From assembly GCF_009914755.1 (NCBI RefSeq), contig NC_060930.1: a stretch of DNA of 64,000 bases; one strand, given 5' to 3'. Position numbers and translations under genes: made by a program. The notes beneath the pieces are model-generated. The model did no database searches. It saw nothing but the letters and a program-made list of their open reading frames with translations, and was not told where the DNA came from. The stretch comes from the human T2T-CHM13v2.0 reference genome, Homo sapiens. Shown in pieces: positions 25,986-37,525 of the stretch; position 1 is the first letter of the stretch, and the number at the start of each line of letters is the position of its first letter.

Positions 25986-27309
25986 AAAAATTGATCTTGA
26001 GGTATATATTTGTGGCTGCCACAAAACTTCACTGACGCTTAAAAGATGAAGTTATATACCACCTTGGATATTGAGTCAATTTGTGTTAAATTTATTTCTT
26101 TTTCTTTTTTTTTTTTAACTGAATCTATCAGGTTACTTCTTTTTCCAAAACCATCATTTCTTCAGTACCTTTCAATTAGATATGTGTTCCTAAAAAGCAC
26201 TTTATTTTTTTTAAATAATGTGATTACAGACTGTCCCGTAACATGAGACATGTGTGAAGACCCAAATAGAAATCAACTCTTTTTTTCCTAAAGGATATTT
26301 TAGACAGTGACTTCATTTTGTCTATATTTAATTATTATATAGGGTAATGTTCATTTTAAAATCAGATGAAGAGAACAAGCAAACAAACAAACAAACAAAA
26401 AAGGCAAAAAAATGAGAGGTTCCAAGGAGAAAAATACATTCAGCAAAAAGCCCACAAAGTCATGGTACACTCTGGAGGGACACTGTAGGGTTTTTTTACA
26501 GGCATTCTTTTGGTGAACTTGCCTGTTGGACATGGCTATATTCATATCACAATGTTTAAAGATAGTAAACATTCTGTCATATAGTGACTTCAGTTTGTTC
26601 TGATTTTCTGCCAAGCTAAGCAAACCTCTGATAATTTAGCTTTTCATGTAATTTATTTATGAAAACATAATATGAAGATGTGACTTGTAAAAGATAATGT
26701 GCCACATGGAGTCAGTTCTTAGATCAGCTGGACCCTACATTTTCCTCTATGCTTTTCTCTTTTATCTATTTTTCTCAGGTCAGGTGGTTCTTCTTTAACT
26801 GGTATCTTCTATCTTCAGCTGTTAATGGATTCAGTGAAATCACAGCCAAGGTTAGCCAATGTGGGAGACAATTGACCTCTTTAAGATAACTTTTTATGAC
26901 TTCTGTCTTACCTGGTAAGCGACAGTTCGATAGGTTAGCTCACAGAGGGCAATCTTATTTCCCACTTGCACTAAGAGTCTATAATCCCTGAAGATGAGTG
27001 GTTATAAATTTTTTCTGCCTCACATAAAAAATTGTGTTAATTACATATAGAGAAGGAAGTCAAATGCTGTTGGTTCTGTAGGTTTTCCCAGGGGTGAGGA
27101 TAATTTATCATCTATCAGCACTATGGATTGGATATACCTTGGGGCTAAGACATATTTGTAGAATTGCTGAGATAGAATACGACGTATAGTTTCAAATATT
27201 AGTATTTACTATTTTTTTCTAAAGACATTCTTTCAATACCTATTGCCTCACATTGTACTATGTGGAGACTATATAAAGAAGTATAAATCAAGTTGGTCGC
27301 CACTACAAA

Positions 27310-27522
27310 CGGTGGTTCTCAACTGGAGATTATTTTGCCCCCAGCGGACATTTGTCAATGCTTGATAACATATTTGAGTGTCAGTATCTAAGAGGTTTGT
27401 ACTGACATCTGTTATCATCTAGTGAGATTTAAGGATGTTGCTAATTATTTTACAATGCACAGGACAACCTTCCACATCAAAGAAATATACAGCTCAACAG
27501 TGTTACAGTTGAAAAACATTTA
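27310..27522 (+). mobile_element. MER20 (hAT-Charlie)
   Basis: ggtggttctcaactggagattattttgccccc...ggacatttg...ggatgttgctaa...tacaatgcacaggaca. Confidence 0.88.
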
Positions 27523-28279
27523 CCTAGATGTTAAGACAAATGTAAATAAATTTTAGCATGACCGCAGGGTCTCTAATAAAAGTATACATGAAATATTAAA
27601 AAAAAAAACAACCTCAGTGGAAAGATTGTTTTTATACCATTGATTTTTAAATTTTATATGGTGCTTGTTATGTACTGGTCCAGAAATGTTGAAGTCCTGA
27701 TAAATACTTTCCAGGGTCATGTAGAGGTCACGTTATCACATTAGAAGTCCTTTTAGCCATATTGCACAGATGCCAAATTCCTAACAAGAAACAGACTTTA
27801 ACTGTAACATGGAGAATATGAAACTAAATAAGAGATTCTATGGACTGTTACTGACTTTTGGGAATGGCCAACATATAGGTCAATTGCAGGTCAGTTTCTA
27901 TATTTCAATAGTTTATTGTCCTAGGAAGAAAGTTCTAATTTAATAAATTATTGCTTATGGTGAAAACAAACATTTCTGCTTCTTGGAGACTAGCAGCATC
28001 TTTTATAATTTAAGAAAAGCCCACAAAATTTGTATTAGAAGTAAAAAGAAAAATAAAATTTTAATCTGAATTCCTATGTAAAAAATAAAAGAGTTCACTA
28101 CTGACTATGTTTCTTTGATTTTTAGAGATGTGATTCTGACAGTCTAAGCACAAAAACCCATATTTTTTTTTTTTTGGTAAAAACTCACTTTTCCTGAAGA
28201 TTCCTTATAAAGAGACCTTCCCATTCTTTTCTACTGATTTAACTTTTATCATTGGAAAAAGAAAATCCAAGAACCATTT

Positions 28280-29600
28280 ACTTAATTCATCAAGCAAATG
28301 CTTAAAGCGGTGTGTTGGGGCACTGGGAATATAAATGAGAGCAAGACATGGTCTGTGCATTTGACAGAAATATTGTTACAAAGTTTATAACAAAGGCATG
28401 TTTGCAACTAGCGTACACACCAGAATTTCTAGAACTGTCTTAATGTTTATAATCTGGTCTGTTTTTTTCCGCAAATATATGTATATTTATTAGACCTGTG
28501 GGAATGCTACTGGGAGTCATAGAATTGCACCACCAACCACATTTGGGGGTATGAGAAGGCTTCACAGATTAGAAAAGCATTGGTATAGTCTAGGCGGAAG
28601 AGATGGGACATTCAAAGTCATTTTGTAGCGTGAGCATGCATCACATGTTTCTTAAAGAATAAACCTGTGCTCATCCCCTGGTTTGTTGGAGGAACAATGG
28701 GAGCCAGATGTGGGGCTTCAGTCTAGAATTTGAAGGATGTTAGAGGATATATTGAGAATTTTAGGATTTATCCCACATATAATATAGATCCCTAAATGTT
28801 TAAGGCAGTGAGAATCACATGATTAGATTTTTGTTGTAGAAAGAGAATCCAGGCAATAACCCTGAAAATTGGTTTGATAGAAGAAAACTAGAATGATAGA
28901 AGCTAATTAGGAGGCTAGTGCAGTAGTCCACATGCCAAAGATATGAAATAAGCCAGAAGATGATATTACCCAGAATGAGATGTATTCATACAACATTTCC
29001 ACCACAAATCAAAAGGTATTGATGACCAGTTTGATGTCAGAGGTGAGGAAAACAAGAACTTGAGAATGATGCCATGGTTTTAGCCTGAGTAACATGGAGG
29101 TTGCTGAGTACGCTGAAGAACTGTTTTGGGAGCAGGTGGTATTTAGTTGCCTGTACAATATTTAGGGAGCATAAAAAACTGATCTTATCTCAGGAGAGAG
29201 GTTAGAGTGAAAATCAAGATTTGAGCATTATTAGCAACTGCAAGTGGTGGTTGTGATTCTGAGGGTGGATGAGTCAACACTAGCACAGATCACAGAGTGA
29301 ACAAGGGGGACCATTGACAGATGTTTAAAGGAGGGCCTAGGAAAAGGAGCCAAGAGCCTGAAATTAAATTTAATTAATTAAGGAAATACAGAGAGCTCCC
29401 AAGGGATTGTTGTCTTGGTAGTCAAGATTAAAATAGAGGAAGGGTGGAGGTGAACAACAGTGTCCAATTTTGCAGAACATAAAGGCTATTAAAGAGGTCT
29501 ATGGATTTGGCAATGAGGAAGCTAATAATATTATTGGCTATAAAATTCCCCATATAATTTCTAGATAGACACCAGTTCATGCAGTTAAGTAAGTGTTGGA
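28280..29600 (-). mobile_element. L2 LINE, degraded
   Basis: ggcactgggaatataaatgagagcaagacatggtc...ttaggaggctagtgcagtagtcca...ggatttggcaatgaggaag. Confidence 0.75.
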
Positions 29601-29769
29601 GGGTTACTGTTTACTTTAAATTTAGTTCTAGTGAAGATTATCTATCAAATATTGTATGCTGGAAAATTTTCTTCCATTATCTTTTTTCTGATCACATGAC
29701 ATTTTTTCATCTAAAAGTATATAAACCTGTGTAAAAACTCACTTATACCAGGGATATAAAAAGCAACTT

Positions 29770-29924
29770 TAGAGATTATCTTCTCTGCCTTCTCAATTCA
29801 GAGAGGAAGAAATTAAAATTAGAAAAGTTGTGCCTTTCTCAAGATGTGCACACAGTCAGTTGCAAAACCAAATTTGGGATTGATCTCCTGATTCCTGGTC
29901 TGATATGTTATCCATTACTCCATG
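29770..29924 (-). mobile_element. MIR/MIR3 fragment
   Basis: gaggaagaaattaaaattagaaaag...tctcaagatg...tctcctgattcctggtc. Confidence 0.6.
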
Positions 29925-30329
29925 AACAGAAAGATAGAGGTCATTTCTATGCAGAGAAAAACAAATGAGCTGTGTCATTGCAGAAATGTTCTGCATGGTT
30001 TGCTGCCATCTGTCTTAAAGCTCAATCTGGACTCCTAGGAATTGGGACTGCTGAGCTGCATTTAGATGGACCATGTGGACAGGGCACAGAAAATCCTTTA
30101 TTTGGAGGGCTTGGTTATTTCCCTATATGGAAAATAAAGGATACAAAATATTTATGACAAGATTAAGAGCCTAGAGCTATAGAATTTTTGAGATCTGACA
30201 TCCTGTTTTGTAAGATTCTGGCCCTACATGTCTTTTTGTTAGACTTGCTGTATTTTATGTTTGTTAAAACACAGTTGGAGAACAACAGTAAACATTGCTT
30301 TTGGAAGAAGAAAATTATAAAGCAGACAG

Positions 30330-30470
30330 GGCACTGGAATGGAAGTCACTATATTCTAACCCCAACTGTGATATATTATGTGCTTTTGGATGCTGCACAC
30401 TCTGGGGGCTGCAGTTTCCTTATTGGATAAAATCAATGTTGGAAACTAAGATCTCTTGAAGCTCCCTGAA
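30330..30470 (+). mobile_element. MIR/MIR3 fragment
   Basis: gcactggaatggaagtca...ctctgggggctgcagtttccttatt...gatctcttgaagctccc. Confidence 0.5.
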
Positions 30471-32029
30471 GATTTGCTCAGTCAACTTCACATGGCTTTT
30501 TGAAATTTAATACCTTTAATCAGAAATGCTCTCCCAGGTTACCTTAAGTCCTCTTGTCCAATATCCGTGTGGTAGCCCCTGTAAGCATTTGGGTTTGTGA
30601 TCCCTGATATCCAGTTCCTTTTCAGCTTTGTCATTCAATGATGCTACAACAGAAGGATTCAGTGTTAGTAGCTTTGTGGAGCAAAGTTTTCAAAGTATTG
30701 ATTTATTCTGTTGAAATTGTGAAAACAAAGGCCTTAAAGCTGTATCTGTGCAACAAAAATCTAATATAAACTCAGAATTCTTCTCTAGGCATATTGTTTG
30801 TTGTGGTAATGATATAGTTGAAAACTTTTGGAAAAATAATTTAAGACTAGAAATTAGGAATTCTTCAGGTTAAAGAAACATATGTCATTGAATGTAATTA
30901 AGGTTATATGAAGATTATCAGAAAAATTGCACCAAAATGTGATCAATAATAGCTTTTTCTTGGTTGATTGTTTCTAAGCATCCTTTCCAAATTATGTCAA
31001 TACTGTTCTGCAAAGTTTGGAGAAAAACTAAAAGATGTATACCAAGAAATCCATGCTGGTACATTGTAATTTAACCTCCTATTTTTCCTGAAAAGTCACT
31101 CTTTAGACTAAAAAAAAGTTCATCATTGTGAGGCATCACTACAGTTTTATAATTTTTTTCACTGAGTCTTTCTCAATTTAATATTAAAGGGCTTTTAAGA
31201 TTTATCCTCCATGTGAAATTTGGGGCTTTATATTCTATAGGCCTTTCTTGAAAATCCAAATTTCATATGAAAAACTAGAAAACTGATGTTGGGAATTATT
31301 TGTGTGAATTCAGTGAAGTGTACCAGTTGACAGCAAGTCATTCTGGGTGATATAATCGTTCTCATCCTCAATCAGCTGACATAAAACAATTCTTTGGAGT
31401 CCAATTGAACTCCTTCACCAGAGATGACTGTTGAACTTTTAATAGTTTCTGAAAATAAAATAATCAAGCATTTATTTCTCAGGAGCTTAATATAAATTTC
31501 TTCTGTTTTATTTTATCTAGGCATTTTTATTGAATTGTACTTGATTTGATTTTCTGACTCTTCTATGAGAATGGCTTTTTACTTGTAAGTTTCACTCAAA
31601 TTGACATTTTGATAGTATAACACATTAATGAAATTCCTAGAACAGAGGCTATGTTCTTTGAAAAAAAATATTGACAGAGTACACTAAAGGGACATTTTAA
31701 AGTGCATTTGATTTCTTTTGCAGCTTGATAACATATTTGGTGATGTTTGGTAGCTCCCAAAGCTATACTTTCCAGTAACATGTCCAGATGAGATTTGACA
31801 ATGTTGCAATACATCTTTCCATATCTAGATTTATGTACGCAAATTAAGTTCTTGGCAGTCTATGAAAACCACAAAACTCTTATCTCCCAGCCTAACAAAA
31901 AAAAAAGAAAAAGCACTTTTTGAAATAGCGAAGGAATCTCTTCCACAGCTACTGGAGTTTCCAGACCACACAGAGACTAATTTCCTTTAAAAACTATTTT
32001 TAAAAACACTCGTGCACACATATAAACAT

Positions 32030-32340
32030 TTTTCTGGCACTGTTTTCTAGGCTTTCTTCTAAATTACACACACACAAACACACACACGTAATATGTAGGC
32101 ATGTGTGCGTATAGATATATATACAGATGTAGATATAGATATCTTTATTTCATTCATCCTGATAACATCCTTATGATGTAGGGACTATCATTAGCCCTTT
32201 TTTGCAGATGAAGAAATCAATAAACACAAAGGTTAAGTAATTGCCTAAAGTCAAACAATCAGCAAGGAAAGGCAGAACCAGAGTTCAACAAAACATCATG
32301 GCTCCAGGATCCCGGAACCTTGCCAATAAACTGTATTATG
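32030..32340 (-). mobile_element. MIR with internal (CA)n/(TAGA)n expansion
   Basis: ctggcactgttttctagg...tttgcagatgaagaaa...ggttaagtaattgcctaaagtca...ggcagaaccagagttcaa. Confidence 0.8.
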
Positions 32341-33404
32341 TGGCCTTGATTTTAATAGGGAAAATATGATGTCAGAATGTATTGCCCATTCAGACTGTAT
32401 ATTTATCAGAAGTTCTTACTTAAGCCAAAATTCTTCAATGTGATTTTTTTTTTATTTAGAAGCATACATATACCTTTCCTTTTTCCACTTGTTAAAATCT
32501 AAGATAAGCCACTCTAACATAGGCAAAGAAATTAGAGGACATAAGATAGAATAATACAAACATTAAATTGGTAAGCAAATTGATAACATTTTTGTATTCT
32601 TATCAGGTTAATAAAAAGCATAATTAAAACGGAGATATAAGTCATCTCACAGGAGTTCTCATCCCTCTGCCCTGTTGCCCTTCTCTGGGCTGTGTGCTTA
32701 GATGGTAGAGCTGCTGTGAAAGCTTTCCTTGGTAGCTTTCCTGATGTTACCAATGCTAAATCTAGAAGTCGATACCAGAAATACCCCTGGATAAGTAGTT
32801 AGGAAAATATGAGTTCTTTTTGGAAAGTGCAATCCTGGACATAAAATTCTTTCTAAATGTACCTTGACTATAGTACAGAAATGATATGCCATCTGATCCA
32901 TCATCAAGATAAACAGAAAGAGTGCTACATCTCTTGCTGGAGAGCTTGATGAATACTGTGGCTGTAAAGTCAGAGCATGACGAGTCAGAATGATCAGTAT
33001 GGATCAGATCCGGAGAGATTTCTCTTGCCCCATAGATCCATAGCCTGAATTTTACATGGTATATTGGTGCTCTAAGGCAGGCAATTAAGGGTGCTAAGCC
33101 ACTTTTGGGTCCTATAAGAATCCCCAAGAATCTCTTTCCCAGGCTATTTACAGATTCAGGGCCAAAATTTCGATTATTGCTGGGTGGTTGTTGCAATTAC
33201 TGTTGCTATTATGGTGACACTTTTCAGAACACTTATATCAGTGCTGTGCTGAGGGAAGCATAGTCAGATAATGGCTTTCTCTATGCTTTATTGATTCCCC
33301 ATTTACAAAGACACATTTTTTTCCTATATTCTTACACTGTAGATCCTACTTCTGGACACCAAAAATCTCTTCGGCCAAGTTATAAACTGGCAAAGTACTC
33401 TTAT

Positions 33405-33480
33405 GAGCTCTGGAGATACAAAGATGAATAAGAAACTAGCTTTGCCTTTGAGAAGCTTATAATCTGGTGGAAAAGGATGC
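33405..33480 (-). mobile_element. L2 3' fragment
   Basis: ctggagatacaaagatgaataaga...tgcctttgagaagcttataatctggtgg. Confidence 0.65.
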
Positions 33481-35673
33481 TTGAAAAAAATAGTGTTTTG
33501 GAAATAAGGCTGTATTTTATTCAATCTGCTTACTTGCTGGTCTCCATAATTAAATAGAAAAATGTTGGAAAATAGGATAAAGGTCTTACTCATTTTTATA
33601 TTTCCAGTACACATAGAAATCTGTTCAAAACTTAATCAGATGAATACTTAAATTCTTATATTTAGTTAAATGTACAGTAAATTAATATTTAAATTTTAGT
33701 GGATTTATATCCATAAACAATTATGTGACCTCATATAAGTACTTTCAGTTTTCTAGAACCATCATAAGAGGTTGATGAACCATCGTAAGAGGGAAAACAA
33801 AATAAATCCAATAAGGGGAATAACACTTTATGTATGTATAATATTTATTAATATTCTCAGTGCTATACAGAATCTAAAAACCATGAAACCTCATTCCTTC
33901 AGAAATTTGCATTTTAAGATGGAATTATGACACAAATCCAGGAAACATCTAATAAAGTTGATGACTCAGGCACTGTGGAGCCAGAAGAAAGAATGAGAAA
34001 ATATGGGCACATAAATATTGAAATGATACACACGGATAAATTCATATGCAATTGACTCTTAACTATTAAAGAGTTGTGAATTATAGAGTATTTTTTCATT
34101 TTCCCCATGTTACTTCTTGCTTTTTGGTCGTTGCTAGGCTCATTCTTCTTGCAGTTACAGCAGAATAAAAGGAAACCAAAGACGGTAAAACTCAAGAGTC
34201 AATTCCATAATTTTCAACAACTCAGTTATAAAGAGATGTAGTCAGGGAAAACACTAAAACTAATGGTTTAAATGAGACTTTTAAATTATATGTAGCTTTC
34301 ATTCATGCATGAGTATCCCAGTTTTCAATTAGCCAAAACTCTGTAGTTAGCTTTTATTTCAGACGTTAATCTACAGATTGAGAAAGTGCGCTGCTCTCTA
34401 GCACTGATGCCTGCTTGGATATCAAACACTGGCTTTCAGGGTTACATTCAGAAATGGAGGAAAAGAACTTAATTATTCAGAAAGTGAAAGAAAGCTTATT
34501 TGGGGAGAAAACAAAAAGAAATAAGGACTGCAGCCAAGCAACAAGCAAGTCTAATGTGTTTGAGTAGGTTTGAGAAAATATAGGAAAGAAATGCAAAAGA
34601 TATATAAGTTCTTTCTTTCAACTATATTATAGGTTAAAGAAATTGAAGAATAATAATGATAATAGGACATATATAACTTACTATTTGGTAAATAATTCTA
34701 TATCTAATTATTTTACCATGAAGAATGTTTACCTATAGATATCTTAATCCTCGTGTTACGGATTTAATACAGGTCAATTATATATTGTAAACATTTTTTT
34801 TCCAAAAAGTATTGATTTAAATTATTTATGTTCAATTCATTTACAAAAAAAATACATTGTAAGTTAATAAAGTAACAGAAACGAATACATAACAAGCTGA
34901 ATTTCCAAATGTCAAAATGAGTACATAAAAAGTTACAAAAAAGCCCATAGTTTCAAAATATAATTTTAGAATATGATCCAGAATGCTGATGGTTTTATTT
35001 AAAAGTTTGACATTTAGAATATAAATGTTTTCAAATATGATATACTTCAAATAAATATGTTTTTTTCACTTTTTAATAATATGATGTATCATTAATGGTC
35101 AAGCTCCTGTTTTATACTTCTGCTTTTTGCATTAGTCACAAACATAGTTTAAAACAGACAATGACATATGCCTAAACCAAAATATTTTTACTCATAATAA
35201 AATAATAAATCATATAATCTTAGTCACTGTTTTAGTGTAAGATTATATTTCACTCCAAGGATAAGAAAGAAATGATATATTTAGATATTAGTGATTTATA
35301 GACATGTGAATCATATTGTTACTGTACAAAAATGTATAATTGTTTTGTAAAGTAATGGGCTTGAATAAATTAAGAAATCTAAACATTTAAATATATACAT
35401 TGATATACATTTATGCACATATATACATATGTCTTAAGGTTTGAGGTTGTTTTTTCTATTATTTTTTAAAAGGGTAAAGAAATGTGCAGTAGTACCTGCA
35501 TGAGTATATTTAACTTATCTACTCATGAACATAATGCATGAATTAATTTTATTATTACATCTTATAATAATGAAATAACTCCTTATTAAATAATTGGTCA
35601 TTTTAAACAATTTACTAGTCTTTAAAATTTTGTTCAGTGTAACTACTTAAAAATATTTTAAATATTGAACTAT

Positions 35674-35908
35674 ATTTTTAAATTTTAAGTTAAGGGGTAC
35701 AAGTGCAAGTTTATTACATAGATAAACTGTGGCATGGGAGTTTGTTAGAGATTATTTCATTGCCCAAGTATTAAGCCTCATACCCATTAGCTATTTTTCT
35801 TGATCCTCTCCCTTCTCCCACCCTCCAAATACCACATGTTCTCACTTACCTATATGGAAGTTAAATGGTGAGAACACATAGAAACATAGAGGGGAACAAC
35901 ACACACTG
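35674..35908 (-). mobile_element. L1PA13-16 3' end with 5' inversion
   Basis: 35674-35826 is antisense L1 3' UTR and 35825-35908 is a sense L1 piece. Flanked by tgaactat (35666-35673, 35907-35914). Confidence 0.85.
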
Positions 35909-36182
35909 AACTATTTATAAAGGAAAATTGTTTTGGTTATAAAAGCTATACAATTTGAAATTCAGAAATAAAGAAGATACAAACCCATTCCCTCATATCA
36001 TTTGGCCATTGTTAAAATTATGGTATGGTATTGAAGATATGGTGAGAAACAGGAAGCCTGAGAAATGGTATGAAGAATTGGAAAACGGAAGTTTGGGATG
36101 ACTTTGCAGAGCATTCAGCTGAGGTGGAACAATAGTCAGTTTAAAGTGCCTGAGATCGTTCTGCAAGGTGAAGGAGACCGTG

Positions 36183-36337
36183 AGACTCCACCCTCACTGT
36201 GTAGCAGAATCTTTGTGAAACCTGCAGACTCCTATCATGATATTGGGATTTCCATATTCTGTGGTGAGTCTTACGCAGGTATATTATCTAAAGGCACTCG
36301 GGTACTTTTAATGTATAGTCAGGATTAAGAACAATTA
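36183..36337. mobile_element. MER5B-like MITE
   Basis: The end ggtacttttaatgtatagtcaggattaagaacaatt resembles the MER5B terminus. Confidence 0.45.
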
Positions 36338-36339
36338 TT

Positions 36340-36519
36340 CATAGTTCTCAAACTTTGAGCAGCATCAAATTTTCCTAGAGGGCTTGTTAAAGGTCCCTGG
36401 ACCCCACTCCAGAGTTTCTGATCCAGTAAGATTGGAGCTGGACCAAGATTTTTTATTTCTAATGTCATCCAGCTCATGATGATGCTGTTGACTTGGGAAC
36501 CAAACTCTGAGAACCACTA
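36340..36519. mobile_element. MER5A MITE
   Basis: gttctcaaactttgagcagcatca...agggcttgttaa...cagagtttctgatccagta...ctgagaaccact. Confidence 0.88.
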
Positions 36520-36551
36520 TTTACCACCATCTTTATAATAATTTTGATTTT

Positions 36552-37119
36552 ACAGTATGGAGATTTCTCAGAGAACTAAAAATAGAACTACTGTTCCACC
36601 TGGCAATTCCACTACTGTGTATCTACCTAAAGGAAAGGAAGTCAGTTTCCCAAAAAGACATCTGTATTTGTATATTTATTACAGCCTAAGTGCATATCAG
36701 TGGTGGATTGGATAAAGAAAATTATATCTAGATATATATAAAATATATATATGTAGGAATATGTATATATTCCATATATATTCCTATATATATAGGAATA
36801 CTATGCAGTCATAAAAAAGAATGACATCGTGTCCTTTGCAACGTAGATGCAGCCTGAGGCCATTATCCTAAGTAAAATAATTCAGAAAAGTAAATAAAAC
36901 ACTGCATGTTCTCACTTATACAGTGTGAGCTAAACAATGGATATAAATAAAGATGGAAATAATAGACAGTGGGGACTTCAAAAAGGGGGAAGAAGGGAGG
37001 AAAGCATTGAAAACCTACCTTTTGAGTACTATATTCATTCCTGGGGAAATGCGTTCACTAGAAGCCCAAACCTCAACATTAGACAATATAACCATGTAAC
37101 AAATCTGCACATGTACCTT
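36552..37119 (+). mobile_element. L1PB4-like 3' end
   Basis: cagtatggagatttctca...aatagaactac...actagaagcccaaacctcaacatt...catgtaacaaatctgcacatgtacc. No poly-A tail. Confidence 0.85.
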
Positions 37120-37525
37120 ACAGAGAGTAGAATGATGGATACCAGAGCTGGGAAGGCTAGTGGGGGTTTGGAGGGCAGTGAGGATGGTTAGTGGGTACAA
37201 AAATAGAAAGAGTGAATAAGACCTACTAGTTGATAGCACAATAGGGTGACTATAGTCAATAAAAACATAATTTTATATTTTACAATAACTTAAAGAACGT
37301 AAGAATGTACATGTAAAATGTAATGTACGTGTAAGAATGTACATGACAAGAATGTAATGTTGGATTTTTTTGTAACTCAAAGGTTAAATGCTTGAGGGGA
37401 TGAATACCCCATTCGCCACGATGTGCATTATTTCACATTGCATGCCTGTATCAAAACATCTCATAGACCCCAGAAATGTATATACCTGCTACGTATGCCT
37501 AAAAAAGTTTAAAAATAATAAAATA
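37120..37525 (+). mobile_element. L1MA1/2-like 3' end
   Basis: gagagtagaatgatgg...gtgaataagacctact...gatagcacaatagggtgactatagtcaata...ggggatgaatacccc...tgcatgcctgtatcaaaacatctcat. Confidence 0.88.

Noticed and set aside
29925-31910. About 2-kb mostly unique stretch ending in an A-tract, as a possible single-exon transcript
   Set aside because: The A-tract is genomic, with no TSD and no adjacent poly-A signal. There is no evidence for a retrocopy or transcript.
32762-33196. Longest ORF (144 aa, minus strand)
   Set aside because: It starts at a non-ATG codon and has no recognisable domain. The plus-strand frames are broken by stops. One ORF of this size is plausible by chance in 64 kb.
33756-33792. 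Direct repeat gaaccatc(a/g)taagagg, two copies
   Set aside because: An ordinary short tandem duplication, not an array.
34155-34184. Possible 30-nt microexon after cttcttgcag
   Set aside because: The donor (gtaaaa) is weak and the peptide is unrecognised.
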